From: Octopus sinensis
Lineage: Eukaryota
Reading direction: 5' to 3'
NCBI RefSeq assembly: GCF_006345805.1
Contig: NC_042998.1
Coordinates: 32,612,001-32,676,000, forward strand
DNA length: 64,000 nt
Each line of letters opens with the position of its first letter. The stretch's first letter is position 1. Shown here piece after piece: positions 1 to 11,400 of the stretch. The notes below the pieces were generated by a model. It searched no databases and was not told the DNA's origin. It was given only the letters and a program-made list of their open reading frames with translations. A program made the position numbers and the translations under genes.

Positions 1-155
1 AGTGCACCTTCACCAGTGCTGCGTGATAGTACCCAGTACACTCTGTAAAGTGGTTGGCATTAGGAAGGGTATCCAGCAGTAGTAACCAGGCCAAAACAGG
101 CATGGAACCTGGGCAGCACTTCAGCTGGCCAGATCCGGTCAAACCATCCAACCAG
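1..155 (+). mobile_element. Fragment related to the RTE-LINE 3' end
   Basis: Motif tggttggcattaggaagggtatccagc...aaaccatccaacc matches the RTE 3' UTR at 15340-15490. Confidence 0.55.
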
Positions 156-1039
156 CCCTAGATTAACCATTAAGAAAATAAGCACGTGCTTACGGCATCA
201 AGGGACACGGTCACCAGAGAAATGAAAATAGTTTACAGCACAAAAGAAATCACTTTAAACTTGCTAAAATAATATTCGTTATTGCCTTATCTCTACTAAG
301 TATAAAAGCAGAAGTTTTATGTAAAATTAATTTTAATGATATCATCAAAGACTTTGCAATTAAATTAAAAGAACGACGGAGAAAACTTTTCAAATATAAA
401 TATAGTGGAAGCATACAAAAATAAACATTATTTTCCATTATTCTGTCAGTTTTATCTCATTTTGAAAAATGAAAATTTATTTTATGGTTTATTATTGTTT
501 ACATTTTGAACCATTTACATATACTTCATGGCACCAAAACCTTTCAAGTGCTTAGGATCTAAATCTGGATCTGCATCCAACCAATACAAGCATAAAAAAA
601 AGACGTTAAATGATGATGGAGCCAGCTAGACCACATGACAATGGTCTTCAATAATACAACACACACCACCAAGCAACCGCCTCAACATTGGTGACCAAGC
701 AGCTTCACATCACTTTCAAATTACAGCAATGATCAGTATGTCTTTGTAAGTTGTTTCTGATGTTACGTAAAATGTTCTTTTAAACTTTTTTCTTCTAGCA
801 TAACATCAGACTTGCATACATTTCCCAAATAACTGCATCATATTGATTCTTCTGTAAACTATTATCATCCAATGGTTCTGAAAATGCTGCCATTATTGAA
901 TACCAGGACAATTTCCTAGAGTAGAATGCCCCTTTCAAATCTCAAAAGTAACTGTTTTTTGGTAAGCATTTTAAAGCAAGAATCATTTCTTTTCTATTCA
1001 ATATACTTCATGGAAAATGTTTCAGAATAAGAATATTTT

Positions 1040-1054
1040 TTAATTTTATTATTA

Positions 1055-1095
<41 letters not shown>

Positions 1096-1100
1096 GTTAT
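1040..1100. repeat. (TTA)n microsatellite
   Basis: Direct inspection; explains the poly-I ORF 1008-1196. Confidence 0.95.
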
Positions 1101-1447
1101 TTTGTAGGTGGTAACTGTTCTTAATAGTGATACAAAAACATTTTCACTCAAACACAAAGCTTTTTTTTTTTCTCCCCCGTTTTTAGAATGCAGCAAATTG
1201 AAAGCTGAGAATGTTAGAAGGGAAAAATATTAAGAAATCATTTTCAAAATTTTAGAATTGGAGAAAAGTTACAAGTTAAAAATTTGATATATTTGCACAG
1301 AGTTTGCACAATGGTTTTCAAATTTTCACAGTTAGAAATAAAATATACCCACACAATATATTCATATGAGTATATGGACACAAACCCACACACACACAGA
1401 TACATACATACATATATTATTTTCTCTCACTGTTTATTCCTGTGTTC

Positions 1448-1483
1448 CTTTCTGTCGAAGAGCATAGGCTCGAAACGTAAAAC
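1448..1483 (+). ncRNA. Degenerate minimal hammerhead-like motif (second repeat family)
   Basis: CUUU-CUGUCGA-A-GAGC auag GCUC-GAAAC-GUA-AAA; core has U at position A6. Confidence 0.35.
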
Positions 1484-1589
1484 ACTTTCTCACTTCCTGA
1501 GTGTAAAACTAATACATCTGTTTGTTGTTTACACACCCGTCTTCGTCTTTTGTTTTTTTTTAGTAAATTCTCACTATATATTCTTTCTT

Positions 1590-1926
1590 TTATTCTTTTA
1601 CTTGTTTCAGTCAAATTGACGCCAGGACTTGTTTCACCAAATTGACCCTAGGACTTATTCTTTGTAAGCCTAGTACTTATTCTATTGGTCTCTTTTGCCG
1701 AACCACAAGGGGACAAGCAAAGACAGACAAAGGGATTAAGTCAATTACATCAACTCCAGTGCATAACTGGTACTTAATTTATTGACCCCGAAAGGATGAA
1801 AGGCAAAGTTAACCTCGGCGGAATTTGAACTCAGAATGTAATGGCAGACGAAATACCATTAAGCATTTTGCCTGGTGTGCTAACATTTCTGCCAGCTTGC
1901 CACCTTACCACACAGCCACTCATGCA
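1590..1926 (-). mobile_element. SINE family B remnant with a nested SINE family A copy (~1704-1904)
   Basis: Family B tail (cttgtttcagtc...) and head (ttaccacacagccactc) flank a family A body. Confidence 0.75.
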
Positions 1927-2299
1927 CCTATATTTATTATAATTTGAATAATAATGAAATCTTACTTTTAAATCAAACTTGAAGATTTGTCTTGAACTTA
2001 GTTCTGAAATGTAAAATAATCCAGTGTACACCAAAATTCTATCCTAACGCTTGTTTCAAACCCAAACTGGAATTAAAAGGTTTTAATCCACTAAAAATAC
2101 TGTAATATACAATACAAACAAAGATTGTTAAATTGTAAGCAAAACCAAACTTCAACGCAATAACATTTTTATGCAGCGAGTTGTTACATTCTCAACTAAC
2201 TAAAAACCAACACTGAACATGTTGTGCCGTAAACAGAACAGAACTCTGTGCAGTTGCACTGCAGGTAAATAACAGCAATCGAGACAATCTAAGTCATGT

Positions 2300-2530
2300 G
2301 ATCAAAACTAAAATCACAACGATCATTTAGTTCTTAGATTACTCTTTCCAATCTAATGGTTATTTACTTAACGTTGTTTTGAATTAATTATTCATGATCT
2401 TGTAGCTTTGAAGTTTCTTGAGAGGGATTTTGTTGGATTGATGTGAGAGGTCAGATTCAGCTGGTTTGAACATAAAACAGGTAGAATATTTGGGCCAGAG
2501 ATGGTCAGTTTAAATGCTAAACGGTTGAAC
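2300..2530. mobile_element. Possible degenerate piggyBac-like MITE
   Basis: End reads ttcaaccgtttagcatt on the minus strand, resembling a TTAA-CCCTT terminus; second terminus not found. Confidence 0.3.
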
Positions 2531-2656
2531 ATGATCAGCAGCTGTTCAGGTTTAAAGCATTTTCTGCATCAAAAGAGAAATAAACTTTATAGAACTTGGA
2601 TTCCTTTGTACAGCAGTTATAACAACAGCAGTCAACTAATATAATTTTCATACATA

Positions 2657-3505
2657 GTGTGGTGAGCTGGCAGAATCGTTAGCATGCCAGGCAAAATGCT
2701 TAACAGTATTTTGCCTGCCGTTACATTCTGAGTTCAAATTCCGCTGAGGTCGACTTGCCTTTCATTTTTTCGGGGTTGATTAAATAAGTATCAGCCCCCT
2801 GTGGGCAATAAAGAAATAAATTTATTTTCATACAAAGGGCAGTGAGCTGGCAGAATTGTTAGCACACCAGGTGAAATGCTTAACAATATTTTGTCTGCCA
2901 TTACATTCTGAGTTCAAATTTCATCAAGGTCAACTTGTTTTTCATCCTTTCAGGGTCGATTAAATAAGTAGCAGTTACACACAGTGGTTGATGTAATCAA
3001 CTTAATCCTTTTGTCTATCCTTGTTTGTCCCCTCTATGTTTAGCCCCCTGTGGGCAACAAAGAAATAAATATATTTTCATACATAGAGAGGTGAGCTGGC
3101 AGAATCGTTAGCACGCCAGGTGAAATGTTTAACAGTATTTTATCTGCTGTTACATTCTGAGTTCAAATTCTGCCGAGGTCAACTTTGCCTTTCGTCCTTT
3201 CGGGGTCAATTAAATAAGTACCAGTTACACACTGCGGTTGATGTAATTGAATTAATCCGTTTGTCTGTCCTTGTTTGTCCTCTCTGTATTTAGCCCCTTG
3301 TGGTTAGTAAAGAAATAGGTATTTCGTCTGCTGTTACGTTCTGAGTTCAAATTCCGTCAAGGTCGACTTGCTTTTCATCCTTTCGGGGTCGATTAAATAA
3401 GAACCAGTTATGCACAGGGGGTCAATGTGATCAACATAATACTTTTGTCTGTCCTTGTTTGTTCCCTCTATGTTTAGCCCCCTGTGGGCAACAAAGAAAT
3501 AAATA
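2657..3505 (+). mobile_element. Head-to-tail tandem array of four SINE family A units (tRNA-derived)
   Basis: Repeated ggtgagctggcagaatcgttagca A-box region, gagttcaaattcc B-box and gtcgactttgcctttcatcctttcggggtcg central domain. Confidence 0.9.
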
Positions 3506-3990
3506 TGATGTATAACTGCAAATGTATTATATATTCTGAAAATTGAAATGTAGAGTCAACCTCATTGCCAACGCTGATCAAACAGATTTCCAAGCTACTG
3601 TTTGCTACTTTTTGAAGCTATCATCCTATGGCAGTAGTGAGAAATTTCTGCATTGTGAATAGGAAAGTACTTTTCGAAGAACTGACAATTATTTCTTTAT
3701 ATCTAATTGATGCCTTAGTGTTATGGAGAAAATTGGTGTTCAATCATTTTCCAAGATTTCGGCTGTTTTCTGATTGAGTGTGTATAGCTATAAAGCAACG
3801 TTACTATAGTGATAACATGTCAGCTAGATCATGTATAATTAGGGAAGATTTTTCAGTTTGCTGTCCTCAGAATCAGTGACAGCATCTGGAAGTCAGTAAA
3901 AGTATCTTGAAGAATGCATTAATTTCATATTTTCTTCTAGAAACTACCTAACATGTGTATTAGCAATTATCAGGCTACAATACAACCTAG

Positions 3991-4356
3991 TTACCTTCAC
4001 CTTAGCAAAGGTGGAGGTATTGTTTTCAGTCATGTTTGTTTGTTTGTTTATCTGTGGACAAGATATCTCAAGAACCACTGGATGGATTTGGATGAAACTC
4101 TCGGGGATGCTTGACCTTGTGACTGGCACAATCTGATTAGATATGAGGATCAATCAGGTACTGGACAAAGATTCTGGATTATATTTTCGGTTTTTATACT
4201 TAATTTTTGAGTGTGGTCAGGTTCAATTTTTAGTATTCTCATTTGTGAGAGCAGTCAAGTTTATTTCAGATAATCTCATTTTAAAAATCATCTCCAGCTA
4301 ATCGTTGAAAGGACGTTGGTGTTGCTTTGGTGGAGGTTTGTGCTCTGAGTGCTCTT
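3991..4356. mobile_element. Non-autonomous Helentron/HINE-like element
   Basis: 5' hairpin taccttcacc-ttagcaaa-ggtggaggta, (tttg)n tract, 3' ggtggaggtttgtgctctgagtgctctt inverted motif. Confidence 0.65.
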
Positions 4357-4504
4357 ATTATTTACTGGTTATTTAGAAATTATCATATACATAATATCAA
4401 TTTTGCACCCTTTTTTTTTTATAAAGATTCAATTTGCTTTTATAAAAAACTAGATTTTTATGAACCAATGATCAAGTTCTTATCCTGAAAAGAACTAATA
4501 ACAA

Positions 4505-4726
4505 TAATCCATCCTACTATAGGCGCAAGGCCTGAAATTTTGAGGGAGGGGGCTAGTCTATTGTATCAACCCCAGTGCTTTACTGGTACTTAATTTACCG
4601 ACTCCAAAAGGATGAAAAGCAAAGTCAACTTCATTGGAATTTGAACTTGGAGCATAGCAGCAGACAAAATGCCATTAAGCATTTTGCCCATCGTGCTAAC
4701 AGTTCTGCCAGCTCGTCACCTTTAAC

Positions 4727-4777
<51 letters not shown>

Positions 4778-4935
4778 TAATAATCTTTTCTATTATAGGC
4801 ACAAGGCCTGAAATTTGTGGGGAGGGGGTTAGTCGATTACATCAACCCCAGTGCATAACTGGTACTTATTTAATCAACCCCTGAAAGGACGAAAGGCAAA
4901 GTCAACCTCGGTGGAATTTGAACACAGAATGCAAT
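4505..4935 (-). mobile_element. Two SINE family A copies (alternative tail) separated by (AAT)n
   Basis: aggcctgaaatttt..gggg tail plus reverse-complemented central domain and B-box, twice; (AAT)n at ~4726-4785. Confidence 0.85.
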
Positions 4936-4939
4936 GACC

Positions 4940-5424
4940 ACAAACCTGAAGGCATCATCGAAAATAGAAATGCAAAGATTCTCTGAGATTTTATGATTCA
5001 GTGCAACCATGAGATAGAGAATAGGAAGCTGGACATAGTCTTAATTGAGAAAGAAAGCAAACTATGCTGGTTCCTAGATATAGCATGCCCAGCTGACAAC
5101 AAGGTATGCGATAAGGAAGAAAGAAAAGTCGAGAGATATGACAGGTTAGCTTGGGAAGTTAAGCAGTTGTGGTCGATGAAAAAGGTAGCAGTAGTACCAA
5201 TAATTGTCAGAACTCTGGGAACAGTGAGCAAAAATCTCAAGAAGTACGTGGAACAAATAGGGGCTGCAATAAGGGTGGAGGAATTGCAGAAAACACCACT
5301 GCTTGGAACTGCCCGAATACTCCGGAAGGTGCTCACAAAATAAGAGGTGTTACCTTAGTTCACTGGTAGTGAACAGCTGACACCGTAGTATATCTCCAGC
5401 ATTAGAAGCTGTGCAAAGGCAATG

Positions 5425-5472
<48 letters not shown>
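4940..5472 (+). mobile_element. R4/Dong-like non-LTR retrotransposon 3' fragment (restriction-like endonuclease) with (AAT)n tail
   Basis: ORF 4993-5343 NRKLDIV...LDIACP...KEERKVERYDRL...VPIIVRTLG fits a PD-(D/E)xK RLE domain; 3' UTR hairpin gttcac/gtgaac. Confidence 0.85.
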
Positions 5473-5727
5473 GTGATAAGAACTATAATGGTGCTCATGG
5501 TGATATTCATATGAGTAAAGATGCCGACGTTACTAGCAACGATAATGTTTAGTAAACAAAGAGTTTGATAGAACAGAGACTACACAGGTGATTAGTTAAT
5601 GAAGGACTAACTGTAGAACATAAAGATTACATTTGAAGTATGTTTTATTGCTTTTTGTCAAATTGCAGATGGTAATTGTCTACTAGATTATCATTAATTG
5701 TTAATGATAAGATGTTTTAGATAATAC

Positions 5728-5897
5728 AGTTCTATATTCAAGAGATGAGGAATTATGTACATTATTTACATTTGACAGATGTTTGTCCTCATCTTGTTTG
5801 TTCTTAACACAACGTTTCGGCTGATATAACCACCAGCCTTCATCAGGTGTCTTAAGGAAATTTGAAACCTGGGTTCTCATTCCTAAGGTATTTTTTT
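5728..5897 (-). mobile_element. Hammerhead-bearing short repeat (HH family), followed by an inverted partial tail at 5903-5950
   Basis: Near-identical to copies at 39017, 50991, 51160 and 51370. Confidence 0.85.
5806..5852 (-). ncRNA. Minimal type I hammerhead ribozyme (intact core)
   Basis: Minus strand AGACAC CUGAUGA A GGCUG-gugguuauau-CAGCC GAAAC GUU GUGUU. Confidence 0.75.
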
Positions 5898-6012
5898 ATG
5901 TTATCCATCAAATGTAGATAATGAACATAATTTCTCATCTCTTAAATATAAAACGTTTTTTTTTTTTAGTCAGATATTCTGAATGTTATAATTTATAGAG
6001 TTATCTATTTCA

Positions 6013-6335
6013 TGAGAAGGTACATGGCCTTGTGGTTAGGGTTTTGGGTTCTCAACTATAAAGTCGTGAGTTCAGTTCCTGGTGGTGTTTATTGTGTCCG
6101 TCAGTGAGACACTGTATTTCTCATTGTTCTTGTCTACTCAGCTGGCAAAAATGACTGCTAGCCCTAATTCAAAGAGCTGGCCTTGTCATAGTCTGTGACA
6201 TGCCGAACCTCCCTGAGAACTGTGTTAAGGACATGTATGTTTATGGAGTACCCAGCCACTTGCATGTTAATTTCATGAGCAGGCTGTTCAGTTGATAGAA
6301 TCAACTTGAACATTCATTGACATCACTGATGGAGA
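6013..6335 (+). mobile_element. Diverged tRNA-derived SINE related to family C
   Basis: tggccttgtggttaggg A-box-like, gagttcagttcc B-box-like, ctcagctggcaaaaatg shared with family C. Confidence 0.6.
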
Positions 6336-6454
6336 ACCGGGCTATATCTACCTTGTGTTAAACTGTTAACCCCCTACCTGAGAAATAGGGGTTAACTAAT
6401 CTTCACTCAATTTGTCTTTTTCAAGGCATGATGAGTAAATTTGTCCAAAACATA

Positions 6455-6693
6455 TATATATATATTTCTTTACTACCCACAAGGAGCTAAACACAGAGGG
6501 GACAAACAAGGACAGACAAACGGATTAAGTCGATTACATCGACCCCAGTGCGTAACTGGTACTTAATTTATCGACCCCGAAAGGATGAGAGGCAAAGTTG
6601 ACCTCGGTGGAATTTGAACTCGGAGCGTAACGACAGATGAAATACGGCTATGCATTTCGCCTGGCGCGCTAACGTTTCTGCCAGCTCACCGCC
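6455..6693 (-). mobile_element. Full-length SINE family A with 15-bp TSD
   Basis: TSD tttgtccaaaacata at 6440-6454 and 6694-6708. Confidence 0.92.
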
Positions 6694-7089
6694 TTTGTCC
6701 AAAACATAATTTCAAAAACAGCCACAAACGAGTTTATACGTCAATTCTCTGCATTTCTCAGATTTTGATTGCTTTTGTATTTCTTACAAATTATGCCCAG
6801 ATGTTGAGCTCACAAGATATTAGAAGCTTTGATATATCAGATGGGAGTTTGTCTAAAAATGAAACATTTTCTTCACAAAAAGTTGCCAGGGAAGAGGTTA
6901 AAACAATTTATTTCATACATCTTAAAGTTTCTAACAAAAATTTTAATTGGTGAATAAATTCTTATAACATAAAGTAAAATAATTATCAGAACCGGTCTGT
7001 GATTAAACAACAATGCTCTCTCTTCTACATGGATCACTTCTGAGCTCCTGTCTTTGAGAATTCACTAAAAGCAATAATCTTGCACTTAC

Positions 7090-7204
7090 CATTAGCAAAA
7101 GCTGTGACTATGTGTGCCTGGCAAGCTGGTTCCAATAATCAATCTTGCCTTGAGTAAGAAGTTTCTTTTGAAACAGTTCCTTTGATCCATCTCTTTGAGA
7201 AATC
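7090..7204 (-). CDS. Possible exon of an unidentified minus-strand gene (possibly stop-containing)
   Basis: Acceptor cttacttttaag and donor gtaagt; phase-2 entry gives RISQRDGSKELFQKKLLTQGKIDYWNQLARHT*; a shorter acceptor is also possible. Confidence 0.25.
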
Positions 7205-8202
7205 CTTAAAAGTAAGATTCTCATATTTGATAACAGTTCTATTCAAGCTAGAAATATTATCATACCAATTTTTGGTGAGGTGTTTAGTCATAAATTCTTT
7301 GATGATAGATCACAGTATTAGGTATGATGTGTGAGAAGATAAGAACGACCAAGTTATATTTGTGTTTTCATCTATTAACCCACATCATTTATATTTGCAC
7401 ATGTACATGTAATTTGATGCAACCGTGTTCATCAAACAACAAACAATATAGTTAGGATGCTTCAGCAATACAACATGCAGGATAATATTATGAAAGCAGT
7501 TCAGAGATGAAGTAGGAGTTAAAAATACCGCATATCATTAATGTGTTTGATTCAAAACTACAATTCAGGGTTGATATCTTTTGCTGAATATGACAGCAGC
7601 ATGTTGAGTAAGCAAAAGGGAAAGAGAGCGAAAGACTAGTTCACTGAGTAGAGTGATGTAATTTCATAAGAAATGCTAAGTGCTCTCATCTAAAGTTATA
7701 TTTGTCAGTTTTTTATAACTATAAGCTAAATTTTCCAGAACATTCAATCAAGATATTTTATGGGTAAACTTGCTCACTTTCGATGAAGTTTACTCCATAA
7801 ACCATAATAAGACAGCCAGTGTTGATTGGTTGAGCTCATCAGAAACTGAGAACAAGCAACACAGCTTGTATGACAGTGATGCTCTGCTTGCATTTAGAAC
7901 ATGTCAAGACAAGGTAACTGAAACACATACATAAGGGGAAGAACTTTGTTGTCAGTTACCATCTGCTAAATAACCCAGAGCTATAGTTGAGAACAATTGT
8001 CAAGGATAGCACACAATGGAACTGAACCCGGAACCATGCGGCTGTGAAGTGAATATCTTGACTGCTCAGCCATGCTTGCCCATGCATATACATGTATGTG
8101 TGTAAACACTGCAGGAATAATAGAGTAAAAATAATTATTTAGTTATGGAATGATTATTATTTTTTAACATTGACATAAAGGCAAATTGGACCTCAACATA
8201 TG

Positions 8203-8432
8203 TCGCGAGCTGGCAGAACCGGTAGCACGCCGGGTGAAATGCATAGCCGTATATCGTCTGCCGTTACATTCTGAGTTCAAATTCCGCCGAGGTCGACTTT
8301 GCCTTTCATCCTTTCGGGGTCGATAAATTAAGTACCAGTTATGCACTGGGGTCGATGTAATCGACTTAATCCGTTTGTCTGTCCTTGTTTGTACCCTCTG
8401 TGTTTAGCCACTTGTGGGTAGTAAATAAATAA
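8203..8432 (+). mobile_element. SINE family A
   Basis: Complete head, central domain and tail; short atatgtc flanking duplication. Confidence 0.9.
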
Positions 8433-8666
8433 ATATGTCATACCAAACAAACATGGCTGAGTAGTTTTTAATTTCTACAGAAATTGTAGTTTAAGTAGAA
8501 GTATAAAAGTACATTTGTTGTTCAGTATGAAACAGCAGCAACTTGTTTCAAGTCCAACCTGCAAACCATTATTTTTTTGCCCCAAACAACGAGTAATAAA
8601 ATGTTCATGCAAAAATGGAAATTCATCTTCTTAAAGGAATGCAGGCATGAGTATTCAGTAGATAAA

Positions 8667-9136
8667 TCATCATCATCGTTTAACATCCATTTTCCATGTT
8701 AGCATGGGTTGGATGGTTCAACTGGGGTCTGGGAAGCTAGAAGGCTGCGCCAGGCCCAGTCTGATCTCACAGTGTTTCTACAGCTGGATGCCCTTCCTAA
8801 TGCCAACCACTCCGTGAGTGTAGTGGGTGCTTTTTACGTTCCACCTGCACAGGTGCCAGATGAGGCTGGCAAAGGGCCATGATCGGATGGTGCTTTTTAC
8901 ATGTCACTGGCACAGGGGCCAGACAAGGCTGGCAAACGGCCACGATCGGATGGTGCTTTTTACATGCCACTGGCACAGGGGCCAGACGAGGCTGGCAACG
9001 GCCACAATCAGATGGTGCTTTTTACGTGCCACTGGCACGGAGGCCAGTAGGGGCGGCGCTGGCAATGGCCACGTTCAGATGGTTCTCTTACACGCCACCG
9101 GCACTGGTATCACAGCTACAATTTCCATTGATGTTG
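8667..9136 (-). mobile_element. RTE-LINE 3' UTR copy (5'-truncated) with internal ~50-bp tandem units
   Basis: Reverse complement of 15070-15490; (GAT)n tail. Confidence 0.85.
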
Positions 9137-9362
9137 AGAAAATTTGTAGAGAAAATTTGTGAAAAATCTATTTTTGAAGGTGTATTCCATATACCAATTA
9201 TAATTCTTGGTGATAGTAAAAATTCATCGAAAGACAGGAAGAATATTGTTATTAGAAATATCTTCATGGAATGGTTGAAGACCACAATAAAAGTACATTT
9301 AAATAATTTTGCCTGAAAAAGAAACAAATAAAAATTATTTTGTCTATTTTTCTTTCTTTCTT

Positions 9363-9785
9363 AGAGTGGCTGTGTGGTAAGTAGCTTGCTTACCAGCCAC
9401 ATGGTTCTGGGTTCAGTCCCACTGTGTGGCACATTGGGCAAATATCTTCTACTATAGCCTCGGGCCGACCAAAGCCTTGTGAGTGGATTTGGTAGACGGA
9501 TACTGAAAGAAACCCGTCATATATAAGCCCGTCGTATATATATATATATATATATATGCATGTGTGTGTATATGTTTGTGTGCCTGTATGTCCCAAACAT
9601 CGCTTGACAACTGATGCTGGTGTGTTTACGTCCCCATAACTTAGCGGTTCGGCAAGAAAGACCGATAGAATAAGTACTAAGCTTACAAAGAGTAAGTCCT
9701 GGGGTCGATTTGCTCGACTAAAGGTGGTGCTCCAGCATGGCCACAGTCAAAATGACTGAAACAAGGAAAAGAGTAAAGAGTATAT
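9363..9785 (+). mobile_element. SINE family B (tRNA head plus CORE-like domain)
   Basis: gagtggctgtgtggtaag A-box, ggttcagtccc B-box, ttgggcaa..tcttctactatagcc CORE-like segment, internal (TA)/(TG), tail gactgaaacaag. Confidence 0.9.
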
Positions 9786-10680
9786 TTTGTAAAGTTCAAA
9801 TGATGGTTAACAAAAAATAGAAAAAAAAAAAAAAGCAATCTTTCAAATGGAATAAAAACTGAAATGGCATCAAATTATGTGGTATGAAATTTGCATAAAA
9901 CTGGAAAGTAAATAATTCTGTTTGTACGTATATTCAGATAGCAAATGGTTGTTTTATGGAGACTTTCAAGACTGAAGAAGTGACAAATCTATATTAAATT
10001 CATCCTAATTATCATCTTTCATTATTATCTTTTATATTTATGAATCTAACGAAGCTGCATAAGATTAATCTTGAAGAATACGTGAACAGTTAGTAAGTAT
10101 CTTTTTAGTTTCTGAATAGTTTATTTTTCTAAGTTATTCAGAACAAATTCATAATGGATTTTAATGAATATTTATTGTGTTTTCTTAATTGTATGAAATA
10201 TCAAGTATGAGTTTTTAAAGTTTAGTGTGGTTTAAGTAAATATGAAGGAAACTAGTTTTGGGAAAATCTGCTTCTTGAAACCAAAGTATTATTCTGACAT
10301 ACAAAACAGCAAAACTATTTCTAAAATGTGTTTTATCATTCTTAAGATTTTATCTTCAACAGAATAACATAACATGAATACAAATTATAAAGTACATACA
10401 TGATGCATAGCCAACTTTATTATTCTCTAAAAGTTCAGGTATTAAAATTTTTTATTTATGATTCAATATCCAACAGACTAATTTTGAAACGTGGCAAAAT
10501 GAATTTTCATTCCGTTTGTAAATGATGAAAATGTGAAATATTTAATATATGATATTTTTAATATTTATATTTGATGATAAAATAAATGTCAATATTTCAA
10601 AATTATTCTAAATTATTTCACTTGCCAAAAAATTGCCTTGAAGTTATCATCATCATAACTATCACTAGCATCATAAAAAA

Positions 10681-11030
10681 AAAATAATAATGAAATGATT
10701 GTATACAGTGCTCAGGTGCACTACAACTTGTCAAAAGTACATATAAATCATATGCAGTAATGTGCAAATGTCTGGGAAGTGAACAGTGTATGAGTCAGAT
10801 ACATGCTTGCGTGTGTGTGGAGGGAGAAAATGAGATGTGGTGTTGGCGAATCTCAGGAAGCATGGAAGTTTTGAAGGATGCAGTGCTCCAACAAGTAACA
10901 ACTGATGCCGGCAGTTTGTTCCATACTTCAGCAACTCTTAGCATGAAAAAATGTTTCTGAAAGTTAAGGGAGCTGTGCTGTTTTCTGACTTTGTAAACAT
11001 GTCCACAGGTGTTAGACAGGTAGAGTTATC
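10681..11030 (-). mobile_element. CR1/L2-type LINE 3' fragment
   Basis: Paralogous to 21181-21650. Confidence 0.75.
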
Positions 11031-11400
11031 ATTATCATCACTTAGCATCTACTTTTGATGCTGGCATGGGCTGAAGTAGGTATCACAGTCTGAGATAGTT
11101 TTTGTTCAGAGTCCTGTTCTACACAAGTAAGAGATGAACACCTTCCATGATCTGGTTTCTATGGCTAGATGCTTTTACTATCACTGGCCATTTTATACAG
11201 TGTACTGGGCACCTGCGCTAGAGATGTTGTCATATCTTCAGAAAGTCTTAAGGTTGCTTTCAACCTCACAATGTCTCTGCTCATTTGCTATGCAATAACC
11301 AAGTGAAAAAGTTATAAAATGAGGCCCTAGACTAACCACGGAAGCATAAAGATAGGTAAATACAGGGTTGTTCAATTTATTTACACTTTTACTTGTTTCA

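Noticed and set aside
799-961. Plus-strand exon with strong acceptor and gtaagc donor
   Set aside because: Stops in all three frames; the minus frame is open but lacks convincing splice signals. A non-coding exon cannot be excluded
7090-7130. GTHSHSFC motif resembling the NAPRT GTxAHSF motif
   Set aside because: Followed immediately by a stop, and flanking residues do not match NAPRT
8879-9316. ORFs such as MIGWCFLHVTG... and MVLFTCHWH... (also 15066, 22810, 38140, 57360)
   Set aside because: Antisense translations of the tandem units in the RTE 3' UTR
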